Source of the DNA: Candidatus Dojkabacteria bacterium
GTDB taxonomy: Bacteria; Patescibacteriota; Dojkabacteria; B142; OLB20
Length of the DNA stretch: 57,134 nucleotides
NCBI GenBank assembly: GCA_046753765.1
Contig: JBHHUN010000007.1
Coordinates: 1 to 57,134 of the forward strand
Reading direction: 5' to 3'
The position numbers and the translations under genes are program-made. Shown here piece by piece: positions 9,696 to 18,749 of the stretch; positions within the stretch are counted from its first letter, which is position 1, and the number at the start of each line of letters is the position of its first letter. The notes under the pieces are model-generated. The model was not told where the DNA came from, did no database searches, and saw only the letters and a list, made by a program, of their open reading frames with translations.

Positions 9696-10199
9696 ATGAA
9701 ACAGATAATTCTTGATCTCACAAAACCAAATCAAACTTTTGAGATAACAGAAGACACAGAGTTTCTCGGGTTGTTCGTTGGACGTAACAGCGAACAAGTA
9801 GAGACAGTGCTGAACGTGATTCACAAGAATCCTGAACTGAAATCACTAACAAAAATTAAAGCCGTTGTGTATGACCGTGCAAACTTTGACATGGAGGGCA
9901 AGCTGATCATCGAGACCGGTGCTAGAAACACAGACTCATACCTGAGCATCGACGTTCTGCTCATGGGCCCCGATGCCACTGCCAGAGCGGTTCCAAGCCT
10001 TGAGATTACAGAAGATGACGTTAAAGGTGGTCATGGAGCGACTGTTGGGCAGGTAGACGGTGATCAGTTGTTTTATCTACAATCGCGCGGGCTGACACAC
10101 GATCAGGCTGAAAGACTACTGGTCGAAGGATTCGTACAAGATTTTCTACGTAACGTAAAATCTAAACAGGAGCTTGCAAAATTCAAGAAAATGCTATGA
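9696..10199 (+). CDS. sufD: Short SufD-like protein (C-terminal part only)
   Basis: PSLEITEDDVKGGHGATVGQVDGDQLFYLQSRGL; sits between sufB and sufS; only 167 aa. Confidence 0.88.
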   Translation: MKQIILDLTKPNQTFEITEDTEFLGLFVGRNSEQVETVLNVIHKNPELKSLTKIKAVVYDRANFDMEGKLIIETGARNTDSYLSIDVLLMGPDATARAVPSLEITEDDVKGGHGATVGQVDGDQLFYLQSRGLTHDQAERLLVEGFVQDFLRNVKSKQELAKFKKML

Positions 10200-11416
10200 A
10201 CAAAAAAGACTTCCCTCTGTTGCAAAATCGGCCCGAATTAGTTTATCTTGACAACGCAGCCACAACCCAAAAACCACAGCAAGTAATTAACGCAATAGTC
10301 CACTACTACGAGAATTCAAATGCGAACGTCCACAGAGGTATTTACAAGTTGAGCGAAGAAGCCACAAGCCTGTATGAAGAATCGCGTGAGCTTGTCGCAC
10401 TCTTCCTTGGTGCAAAGCCTGAACAGATCATATTCACACCAGGAGCTACAGCAGGCCTTAACTACGTCGCTCTTGGATACGCATCGGGAATCATCAGTGG
10501 CGGAAGCGACGACGTGCTGCTTACAACAGAGATGGAACACCACTCAAACCTTGTGCCGTGGCAGCAGCTCGCAAACGAGCTGAAGGTCAAACTCGACTTC
10601 GTAAAGGTAGATGATGAGTACAGGCTGGATCTTGACGATCTCGAACAAAAGCTTCAGGGTAATAACGTAAAAATACTGGCACTTACCCATATGAGTAACA
10701 CTCTGGGGACTATCAATCCTATCGAAGAGATCGTGTCTATGGTCCGTGAAGCCTCGCCAATGACAAAGATCGTTGTTGATGGCGCGCAGTACGCTCCTCA
10801 TTTTCCTCTAAACCTAACAGAGCTGGACGTTGACTTCTACTCAATAGCAGGACATAAGCTATATGGTCCAACGGGAATTGGTGTACTTTACGGAAAATCA
10901 TCACTCCTAAAAGCTATGGATCCAGTATTCACTGGGGGAGGGATGATCCGCAAAGTTGAAAGGAACCAAACACAGTGGGCAGACATTCCTGGCAAGTTTG
11001 AACCAGGTACACCAAATATCGCTGGTGCAATAGGTCTGGGAGAGGCAGTTCGTTACCTGAAGACTATCGGAATGGATAAGATCGCAGCCCACACGCAGGA
11101 ACTTGCTGCGTACACGCTCGCAAAACTCTCTCCAATCGAAAACATTAGTATTTACGGTCCCGGTGAAGCTGACGACCGGGGAGGAGTTTTCAGCTTTGCG
11201 GTCGAAAGTATTCATGCACATGACATGGCACAGCTTCTTGACGGTGAAAATGTGGCTGTTCGGGCCGGGCACCACTGCAATCAGGTGTTGATGCGTGAGG
11301 TATTGGGAACATCTTCAACAACAAGATCGTCTGTTGGGCTTTATAACGACTACAGTGACATTGACAAACTGGCAGAGGCAATAGAAGTTGCTGTTCGGAA
11401 GTTTTACAACCGTTAG
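10196..11416 (+). CDS. sufS: Cysteine desulfurase SufS
   Basis: YLDNAATTQKP, GHKLYGPTGIG (PLP Lys), VRAGHHC (catalytic Cys); ATGA overlap with sufD. Confidence 0.96.
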   Translation: MNKKDFPLLQNRPELVYLDNAATTQKPQQVINAIVHYYENSNANVHRGIYKLSEEATSLYEESRELVALFLGAKPEQIIFTPGATAGLNYVALGYASGIISGGSDDVLLTTEMEHHSNLVPWQQLANELKVKLDFVKVDDEYRLDLDDLEQKLQGNNVKILALTHMSNTLGTINPIEEIVSMVREASPMTKIVVDGAQYAPHFPLNLTELDVDFYSIAGHKLYGPTGIGVLYGKSSLLKAMDPVFTGGGMIRKVERNQTQWADIPGKFEPGTPNIAGAIGLGEAVRYLKTIGMDKIAAHTQELAAYTLAKLSPIENISIYGPGEADDRGGVFSFAVESIHAHDMAQLLDGENVAVRAGHHCNQVLMREVLGTSSTTRSSVGLYNDYSDIDKLAEAIEVAVRKFYNR

Positions 11417-11449
11417 CCCCCACAGAATCTCTGATAATACTTCTGGGAG

Positions 11450-11602
11450 TTAAACTGGCTTGGGAATTTTATGTAGCTCACCACTAATAGCAGTACCACC
11501 TGCAATAAGCGCGTGGGCAGCAACAAGTATCAGCGCCCCAAAAAGAGCAATTTTTGTTGTTTTCTTGAGAAGTGTTTCTTTTTTCCTTGGTTTTTCGCTC
11601 AT
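11450..11602 (-). CDS. Small membrane peptide (50 aa), antisense inside the suf cluster
   Basis: MSEKPRKKETLLKKTTKIALFGALILVAAHALIAGG...: basic N-terminus plus one TM helix; exactly fills the sufS-sufU gap. Confidence 0.55.
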   Translation of the reverse strand: MSEKPRKKETLLKKTTKIALFGALILVAAHALIAGGTAISGELHKIPKPV

Positions 11603-11638
11603 GTTAAAATTATACCAAAAAAGCACATCTATAAGATA

Positions 11639-12007
11639 ATGGATATATACAGAGAGCAACTTCTCGACAACTATCAAAATCCACGCAATTTCAGGGAGAT
11701 AATTGATGCTGATGCTATAATGGAAATGGAAAACACACATTGCGGGGACCGTATTAAGGTTTTTGTAAATGTAGAAGACGGAAAGATTGTAGATGCCAGT
11801 TTTGACGGTGAAGGGTGTGCAATCGCAATTGCAAGCGCGTCAATGCTTACGGAGTATATTAGAGGTAAAACTGTCGCGGACGTGAAAGACATCGATATAT
11901 ACGACTGGATGGACATTATGGACGTCAGGCTGACAACATCAAGAGCAAAATGTGCAAGCCTGAGTCTCGAAAGTGTGCGGGGAGCCTTAGAAAAAGGCCC
12001 TTTTTAG
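11639..12007 (+). CDS. sufU: SufU/NifU-like Fe-S scaffold or sulfur-transfer protein
   Basis: MDIYREQLLDNYQNPRN, HCGD, FDGEGCAI, RAKCA. Start reassigned from 11513. Confidence 0.93.
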   Translation: MDIYREQLLDNYQNPRNFREIIDADAIMEMENTHCGDRIKVFVNVEDGKIVDASFDGEGCAIAIASASMLTEYIRGKTVADVKDIDIYDWMDIMDVRLTTSRAKCASLSLESVRGALEKGPF

Positions 12008-12037
12008 TTGACCAAAACAAAGATATATAGTTATACT
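12008..12037 (+). promoter_or_regulatory. Sigma70-type promoter of the Zn-ribbon gene
   Basis: TTGACC (12008-13), 18 nt, TATACT (12032-37); ATG 8 nt downstream. Confidence 0.55.
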
Positions 12038-12045
12038 GTATAGCA

Positions 12046-12420
12046 ATGCAGAATAAAAAGGATCAAAACGAGAAGCAAAATTTTATCCGCAATCTGCTGG
12101 CAGTTGCCCCCAAGCACTGCGATAATTGTGGGTCAAGATACTCCGAAACAGATTTCAAGATCGTCAAGAGCTCAAACGTTAATACTGTGCTGCACCTGAA
12201 GTGTCACACATGTAACAATGCTTACATGCTTAACGTCATGAACCCTGTTAACGGCATGGTCGGTTCTCAAAGAACCCCTATCAATATTGACCTTCGCAAT
12301 GGCGATGAAATTCAGAAGTTCGCCGGAACAGAGTCCGTTTCTAAAAACGAAGCTATAGACACCTACAACGACCTCAAACCAGGCGCAACAGCTGGCGAGC
12401 TTAAGAATCTCCTAGCTTAA
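12046..12420 (+). CDS. Zn-ribbon hypothetical protein
   Basis: CDNC...CHTC; own promoter; overlaps the recF 3' end by 20 nt. Confidence 0.75.
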   Translation: MQNKKDQNEKQNFIRNLLAVAPKHCDNCGSRYSETDFKIVKSSNVNTVLHLKCHTCNNAYMLNVMNPVNGMVGSQRTPINIDLRNGDEIQKFAGTESVSKNEAIDTYNDLKPGATAGELKNLLA

Positions 12421-13531
12421 TCCTCTTCCCTCTTTTCAGAAAGCCATCTGTATAATCAGCAGTAGACGTTCCTGTAATGATTATCTGGTTTTCCATCTTA
12501 CTCAAAATACGTTCCAGGTTTTCTCTGTGTTTTTGATCGAGTTCAGACATAACATCATCAAGAAGTAGAATCAACTTCTCATTAAACAGCTCCTCCAGAT
12601 AAACGAGCATTGCAAGTTTAAAGATCAGTGCAGCCAAACGCTGCTGACCACGTGAGCCAAATATCTTAACCGGCCTGCCGGCAAGAGTAATATCAATGTC
12701 GTCTCTGTGAGGTCCGTAAAGAGTCTTAGTGGCTGCAATCTCTTTGAATGAGTTTTCCTCTATCTTTTGGCGCAAGCGCCGAGCAACCTTGCTCCTGTAA
12801 TCATCATCTTTCTCCCCTTTGCCACCGATCTCACCGAACTTCGAAATATACCCAAGACTGAGGTCGTTTAGCTCGCCGTTAAATAGTTCTCTGGCGGTTT
12901 CTGCCAGAACAGGCAAAAATCGTTCAAGAGTTTCGATACGAGTAGTAATAACCTTGCTTCCCAGATCAATCAGTTTGTCATTCCAGTATCCAAGCTCACC
13001 TTTTTTTGCCACCCCTTCAGCGATTCTGGCTAAAAGCTTGTTTCGCTGTTTAACCACAGCTTTGTACTCTTTTAATGTTGCAGCAAATTCAATGTCAAAG
13101 CTGTTGATAAAATCATCCAGTTCACCTCTTCTAACCTCTGGTGATCCTGAGATAAGATCGAGATCGTGGGGAGCAAAAAGAACTGCATAAAGATTGCCGG
13201 AAAATGTGGTTTTACGCTTCGAGATTCCATTCACTTCGTACCGTTTAAAGTTGCGTCCTTCTTGACTGCTGAAAATGATAGTCAGCTTCACCGGATCGAT
13301 TGACACTAACTCAGCATCTATCCTCGCAAAATCACTTTTCTTGTCCAGTGAGATGTTACTTCCGTCCAAATACTTTCGAAACGACTTAACATAGCTTAAG
13401 TAATGAATTCCATCCAGAAAGTTACTTTTGCCGGCACCGTTGGGTGCAACAATAATGTTTAGACCAGGAGCAATCCTGGCTTTAAGGTTCAAGTTACGAA
13501 AATTTTTATAAGCGATATTTGAGATATGCAC
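12401..13531 (-). CDS. recF: DNA replication and repair protein RecF
   Basis: APNGAGKSN, GPHRDD, GSRGQQR, LLLDDVMSELD; GTG start. Confidence 0.95.
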   Translation of the reverse strand: MHISNIAYKNFRNLNLKARIAPGLNIIVAPNGAGKSNFLDGIHYLSYVKSFRKYLDGSNISLDKKSDFARIDAELVSIDPVKLTIIFSSQEGRNFKRYEVNGISKRKTTFSGNLYAVLFAPHDLDLISGSPEVRRGELDDFINSFDIEFAATLKEYKAVVKQRNKLLARIAEGVAKKGELGYWNDKLIDLGSKVITTRIETLERFLPVLAETARELFNGELNDLSLGYISKFGEIGGKGEKDDDYRSKVARRLRQKIEENSFKEIAATKTLYGPHRDDIDITLAGRPVKIFGSRGQQRLAALIFKLAMLVYLEELFNEKLILLLDDVMSELDQKHRENLERILSKMENQIIITGTSTADYTDGFLKRGKRIKLGDS

Positions 13532-13538
13532 CGAAGAT

Positions 13539-14645
13539 CTATGTTTTGGGTATTATACCCTCAACCTGATCTTTCAGCCATTTAAGCGCCTTTTGCTGCA
13601 GAAGAACTGTAGTAATGTACTGCTTTCCACGGTCAGAGTCATATTCTTTCTTAAGCTTTGGGTCCATTATTGTATCGATCTGACGCTGCACCTCGCTATC
13701 GACCACAGTAAGCTTATTAGCCCTTGCAATTTCTACGTATAGTAGTTCAGAGCTGATTCGCTTCACAACTTCTTTTTCCCACTGATCTTTCAGCTCTTCA
13801 AGAGTTGTGTTCTGTGTCTTTAGAAAGTCGTCAAGCTCAATATTGAGCTCTTCGACACGCTTGGTATAGTCTGCAACCTGTCTGTCCAGCTCAGCATTGA
13901 TAAGTGCTTTTGGCGGTTCAATTTTGGAGATCTTAATCGCCTCATCAACCATAGTCTGGATCTTCTCGTTATCTGCCTGGACCTTTTTTTCTTGCTCAAG
14001 CCGTTTTCTCAACTCTTTCTTAAGATCACCTACAGTTTCAAAGCCGAGTTTCATCTCTTTTACATCTTTGTCGGTCAACTTGGAGGCCGTCTTTTTTGCA
14101 GATTTCTCTTTTGATGATTTTCCTTTGGCTTTCTTCTCCTTACCATCCTTCCCCTTAACACTCTTCTTAGCGGCACCCTTCGTCTTCTGTTGAATATCAA
14201 CCAGCTGCTGTATTGATTTCTCCACATCTTCGTCTGTCACTTTGCTCTGTGTGTCCTTGACCTTGATCTTTGTAAAGTCACCAAGTTTAATTTTAGGAAA
14301 CTCAACAAATATCGCCTTAAAAACAAGCTCATCGCCCTCTGCAACCTTAACTACCTGATAACTAATCTGAGTAATCGGACTTAGATCTTCTTCTTTAAGA
14401 ACCTCAAGGGTTATTTTTGGGAGTAGCCTCTGCAAAGTCTCTTCGTACAGCCTGGTACCAAGCTTTGCCTCCATCAGATCCTGTGGGCCTTTACCCGGCC
14501 TAAATCCGGGCATAGAGACGTCTGCAGAAAGAGTTTTGAAGACATTTGCTTTCTCTGTAGCAAATCGATCTTTTGTAACCGTGATCGTCAGTTCGACCTC
14601 TTGTTCTTTCGTTTTCTCCTTTTTGTATTTGTAGTCTTTTGCCAT
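13539..14645 (-). CDS. tig: Trigger factor lacking a recognisable FKBP/PPIase domain
   Basis: Ribosome-binding MPGFRPGK loop and C-terminal SurA-like domain; the middle is a Lys-rich low-complexity linker. Confidence 0.88.
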   Translation of the reverse strand: MAKDYKYKKEKTKEQEVELTITVTKDRFATEKANVFKTLSADVSMPGFRPGKGPQDLMEAKLGTRLYEETLQRLLPKITLEVLKEEDLSPITQISYQVVKVAEGDELVFKAIFVEFPKIKLGDFTKIKVKDTQSKVTDEDVEKSIQQLVDIQQKTKGAAKKSVKGKDGKEKKAKGKSSKEKSAKKTASKLTDKDVKEMKLGFETVGDLKKELRKRLEQEKKVQADNEKIQTMVDEAIKISKIEPPKALINAELDRQVADYTKRVEELNIELDDFLKTQNTTLEELKDQWEKEVVKRISSELLYVEIARANKLTVVDSEVQRQIDTIMDPKLKKEYDSDRGKQYITTVLLQQKALKWLKDQVEGIIPKT

Positions 14646-14700
14646 GTTTAGACACTTAACCCGGCAATTATAGCTTAAAACTGGTCAATATCAAAGTCCC

Positions 14701-15843
14701 CTACTTCTTTCGCTTCTTCTTTTTCCTGGTATCTTTGCCGTTACTGAGATTAAACTGTAAATTTCCGTTTTCCTCTGAAGTTAAGGCGATAGAGGCTATT
14801 ACTGCAGTAATAGGACCAATGAGAAGTGCGGCGATCGAAGCATTAATGAAAAGCAACAGTGACTGCACAACAAATGGGTCTTCCCAGAAAGGAATACTTC
14901 CTTCACCACCGGCGATCATGATGTGAACAAGGGAAATACCAAGAAACACAAAAAATAGACTGTTAATGACCCTTGCAATTGCTATCTGATTGTGTGCTGT
15001 GCCCTCTCTGATCAGGTTGATTGTATTAGTGCTTGGGTAAGTCTGCTTTTTCTTAAGGATTCCCTGAACGACATCAAGGGTCGTGTTAAGGGTTGCACCA
15101 AATGCCACAAAAAGCACAGCCGCATTTATGATACTCCAAAACTCTACAAGCGCTATCCTCGACTCTAAAAAAGAGATGTTTGTGTAGAACAGTTCTGTCA
15201 GAAAGGTAGATTTAAAGAGCAGCAGGTTTATCATAAGGATGATAAATAGCGTCAAGAGCTGTGAAATCCCCACTATCGCTGCAAGCTTCACGTTACGAAG
15301 GTGTATCAACATACTAATAAATGCCACGAATCCAAGCAGAACGAAAGATGCAACAAATATGTTGAAGTTGCTCAGCAGATACACTAGAGAGCCAGAAAAC
15401 GTTAAGGTAAAGATTATCAGCGTAGGGATCACGTACTTAAACCCCTGCCTGCCTAGTATTACCAACATAAAGGCCAAAAAGATCATCACCACCCAGAAGA
15501 GCAGTGTTTCTCGATTATGTCCACTAAAAGAATACAGCGTACCTATACTTGAATCTACCTCGTTCACGTAGACTCTATCACCAATCTTAATCTCTTCAAG
15601 ATTCAGGTCTTTCACCTGGACACGAAGATTAATGAACTGCTCAGTTCCATCCAGCCTAGCCTCAACATTTTGATAGAAAAACCCACCATCCTCTACAAGG
15701 TCAATAAGATTCACAACTTCTGCAATGTTTGATCTGTTGGGAGCGCTTGAGAGTACCCCGAGTAGTGATCCGCCTAAGAGGAAAATAACAACGAGAATTG
15801 TTACCAGTGAGTCGAGATTCAAGTTCTTTCGCAACCTGTCCAT
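14701..15843 (-). CDS. YibE/F-like membrane protein
   Basis: OB-like extracytoplasmic segment (IKIGDRVYV) followed by many TMs and GATLNTTLDV, degenerate relative to the YibE/F consensus. Confidence 0.65.
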   Translation of the reverse strand: MDRLRKNLNLDSLVTILVVIFLLGGSLLGVLSSAPNRSNIAEVVNLIDLVEDGGFFYQNVEARLDGTEQFINLRVQVKDLNLEEIKIGDRVYVNEVDSSIGTLYSFSGHNRETLLFWVVMIFLAFMLVILGRQGFKYVIPTLIIFTLTFSGSLVYLLSNFNIFVASFVLLGFVAFISMLIHLRNVKLAAIVGISQLLTLFIILMINLLLFKSTFLTELFYTNISFLESRIALVEFWSIINAAVLFVAFGATLNTTLDVVQGILKKKQTYPSTNTINLIREGTAHNQIAIARVINSLFFVFLGISLVHIMIAGGEGSIPFWEDPFVVQSLLLFINASIAALLIGPITAVIASIALTSEENGNLQFNLSNGKDTRKKKKRKK

Positions 15844-15857
15844 TAATTCTCTGTTAG

Positions 15858-15998
15858 CTAAATTTCACTGTCGTTATCGTCCTCAAGATCTTCGAAGTCA
15901 TACACAAGGTCATCAAGCGCATCTTCATCATCACTGTCCTGGCCAAAAAGCTTGTGCTCATAGTTTATCTCATTTTCCTCGTCGTAACCATCCTGCAT
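15858..15998 (-). CDS. Small hyper-acidic protein (46 aa)
   Basis: MQDGYDEENEINYEHKLFGQDSDDEDALDDLVYDFEDLEDDNDSEI; co-oriented between dus and the YibE/F gene. Confidence 0.55.
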   Translation of the reverse strand: MQDGYDEENEINYEHKLFGQDSDDEDALDDLVYDFEDLEDDNDSEI

Positions 15999-16059
15999 GA
16001 CAGGGAGAATAGATGATAGATCAAGATTATTCCCTGATCCAGAAATTGTCAAGTGGCCT

Positions 16060-17157
16060 TTATAAGGCTCGAAGGAGCTTCACAACATCTTTGGACGAAT
16101 TCGTTTGCATCAGTTTCATTCTGACCTCAGATGCACCGGGAAAAGATTTCATATACCAACCCAGGTGTTTACGCATCTGGACGAATGGGCTGAGCTGTTT
16201 AACTCTCTCAAAGACACGCGAGTGCTCTATCGCCATCTCAACCCGTTCAGTAACACTGATATCTTCGAGAACAATATTCTTTTTCAAATCTCGTATCTGA
16301 TTCTTGTACCTGAAGATCCAAGGATTTCCCATGGCCGCCCTTCCTATCAACACACCATCCACACCTGACTGTGCTATCCTCTCGACGGCAACATTGGGAT
16401 TAGTTATGTCACCATTGCCAATATATGTAACTCTATCCTCAGCTTCTTTGCCCTTATTGAACCCGCGAACAATCTGTGCTCCTTCTGCAATCGAATTCCA
16501 ATCTGCATTACCCGTATACGTCTGTTTCAGTGTACGACCATGCATAGTAATATTTGCAGCACCAGCTTCCAATAGATTATTCACCCACTCAGTAATCACA
16601 ACTTCTCTGAGCCCAATCCTTGTCTTCACCGACACGGGGATCTGTTTTCGATCATCATCAAATACGATACCGAGATCACGCAGCTTCATTTTAGTATTGT
16701 TAGTGGCAGCAACAGTTTTTTGGGGAAGTCCAACAAATCCATCACTTACCCAATCATTTACCCCTTTTTTCGTAGCAGTGATGATCTGACGCGCCAGATC
16801 AGGTGTATTAATGAGTGCTGCCCCCGAACCCCTTGCTGCCACGCTCCTTGATGGACACCCCATATTAATATCAATCCCGTCAAACCCAAGTGTGCAAGCA
16901 ACTTTTGCGGCAAGATAAAAAAGTTTTGGATCTTTGCCGTAGATCTGAGCAACCACGGGTTTCTCGACCTCATGGTATAAAAAATCTTCAAACAGCCTGC
17001 TTGAACCGTGATAAATCCCATCAACACTGACAAATTCAGTAATTATCACATCGGGCTTTCCATGTTTTGCAGTAATAAACCTAAACGGTGCATCTGTGAC
17101 ACCATCCATAGGTGCAAGACCAACAACAGGTTTTGGGAGGTTTTGCCAAAAGTTCAT
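16060..17157 (-). CDS. dus: tRNA-dihydrouridine synthase (DusB-like)
   Basis: LAPMDGVTD, DINMGCP, GSGAAL, VSVKTRIG, MHGRT, GNGDI, IGRAAMGNPW. Confidence 0.94.
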   Translation of the reverse strand: MNFWQNLPKPVVGLAPMDGVTDAPFRFITAKHGKPDVIITEFVSVDGIYHGSSRLFEDFLYHEVEKPVVAQIYGKDPKLFYLAAKVACTLGFDGIDINMGCPSRSVAARGSGAALINTPDLARQIITATKKGVNDWVSDGFVGLPQKTVAATNNTKMKLRDLGIVFDDDRKQIPVSVKTRIGLREVVITEWVNNLLEAGAANITMHGRTLKQTYTGNADWNSIAEGAQIVRGFNKGKEAEDRVTYIGNGDITNPNVAVERIAQSGVDGVLIGRAAMGNPWIFRYKNQIRDLKKNIVLEDISVTERVEMAIEHSRVFERVKQLSPFVQMRKHLGWYMKSFPGASEVRMKLMQTNSSKDVVKLLRAL

Positions 17158-17213
17158 TATTAAGATAAATTGATCAGTGAAATCCAGGCTTTATTATATC
17201 GCTAAATTCAACG

Positions 17214-17879
17214 ATGCAAAACGTACGTGGCAAGTTTATTGTTATTGATGGTACTGATGGAAGTGGAAAGGCAACCCAGACAAACCGCCTTGTTAAACAT
17301 CTCAAGGAAAAAGGTTACAAAGTGAGAATCGCCGACTTTCCAAGATACGGAAAAAGAAGTGCTACTATGGTCGAAGATTATCTCAATGGTGAATACGGAA
17401 GTGCTGATGAAGTTGGAGCATACAGAGCGTCGATTTTTTTCGCCTGTGATAGGTACGCCGCAAGCTTTGAACTAAAGAAATGGCTCCGGGCAGGAGAGAT
17501 CGTTATTTCCAATAGATACACCTCTGCGAATATGGGGCACCAGGCAGGTAAAATTAGTGACGCAAAAGAACGTGATAATTATTTAGACTGGCTTCACGAT
17601 CTCGAGTTTAATGTTTTTGCTATCCCAAAACCAGATCTGACCCTGCTTCTCTACCTTGATCCAAAGACCGGCCAACAGTGGGTTGATAAAAAAGACGATA
17701 GAAAATACTTAAATGGAAAGAAAAGAGACATACACGAGGCCGATATAAAACACTTGTCTAATGCAGCGGAAGCTTATAAGTACGTTGCAGGAAAATACAA
17801 TTGGCCTGTTATTAATGCTGATCAAAGCATTCCCAGAGTACACAGGGACATCTGGAAAATAGTGAGCACAATACTCTAA
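17214..17879 (+). CDS. tmk: Thymidylate kinase
   Basis: IDGTDGSGKATQ P-loop, FACDRY, ISNRYTSANMGHQ, PKPDLT. Confidence 0.93.
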   Translation: MQNVRGKFIVIDGTDGSGKATQTNRLVKHLKEKGYKVRIADFPRYGKRSATMVEDYLNGEYGSADEVGAYRASIFFACDRYAASFELKKWLRAGEIVISNRYTSANMGHQAGKISDAKERDNYLDWLHDLEFNVFAIPKPDLTLLLYLDPKTGQQWVDKKDDRKYLNGKKRDIHEADIKHLSNAAEAYKYVAGKYNWPVINADQSIPRVHRDIWKIVSTIL

Positions 17880-17974
17880 CCCTGTAAAGATTTTTAATTC
17901 TTTTCACTAAGTCTGGAATTCAAGTGCAAAACCCCAGTCACATCTCAGCAAAGGCAGCATTTTAAAGCGAGACG

Positions 17975-18160
17975 CTACAGATCAGTGTACACGGTCTCTG
18001 TCGAGAATCCGCATACCGGGCAGAGGAAGCCCCCCTCCAGAAAGTACAGCTTATTGCTGCAATCCGGGCAGGTCGTTGTTTTGTCTTTCTCACGACTTTC
18101 CTCAAGCCTTCTCTCCAATTTGATCTGCAAATCTCGCCAGCTTTGCTGGTATCTGCGCAT
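17975..18160 (-). CDS. Small Zn-ribbon protein (61 aa)
   Basis: CPDCSNKLYFLEGGFLCPVCGFS after a helical N-terminus. Confidence 0.65.
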   Translation of the reverse strand: MRRYQQSWRDLQIKLERRLEESREKDKTTTCPDCSNKLYFLEGGFLCPVCGFSTETVYTDL

Positions 18161-18359
18161 AATTGGAAGTAAAAAATAAAAATATCTTTGCTTCCAGCAC
18201 AGATATCTTTGTTTCGCACTGTGCTTTCAGCCGCTTTCCAACCTGCTCAATTACTTAAAAGTAATTTCGCAGTCTTGAAATTGAAATACACTCTGCTTAT
18301 ACTAACGCTAAAGCTTCGATAGAGTTACACTTTTGTACGGAAGAAATATACAAAACGCA

Positions 18360-18473
18360 CTAGACCTGCAGATACCTTGCTCCAAGCTCAATTATGAATT
18401 CAACTTCCGACGCATTCAATAACCCGGGGTGTATTTTTCCGTTATATCCGAGGTCGATTACACTTGCTCGCAT
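18360..18473 (-). pseudogene. 37-aa ORF starting like a Ppx/GppA exopolyphosphatase (possible remnant)
   Basis: My translation: MRASVIDLGYNGKIHPGLLNASEVEFIIELGARYLQV*. Only the first 11 residues (VIDLGxN) fit the family. Confidence 0.3.
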
Positions 18474-18749
18474 AATAATTACTGAGCGAAACAGTGTTGA
18501 AGGGGGTTTAACGAGCCCAAAGTCGTTCTAAGGAATGTAAAAAGTCTAGATACTCTCTGTCAGAGGATATTCGCCGATCCCAATTAGGTATTCGCTCTTT
18601 TCTTTGGTGTTGAACTCTGCCAAAGTTTTAGGCTCCGGATCCGGATATCAATGACGCAGCTTTTGGGATTCTTAAGCCTTCTTTTTGGCAGGTCCTCGAT
18701 CAGATCTCGATCTCTTATCAATTTAGTAGGTGACTTGTCCTATGACCAT

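Noticed and set aside
11513-11638. N-terminal extension of sufU
   Set aside because: Antisense to the small membrane ORF; SufU homology starts at MDIYRE (11639).
18161-18749. tmRNA, RNase P or SRP RNA in the long gap
   Set aside because: No tRNA-like ends, no GAGGAAAGUCC P4 motif and no SRP loop found by eye; an Infernal search would be needed to exclude other RNAs.
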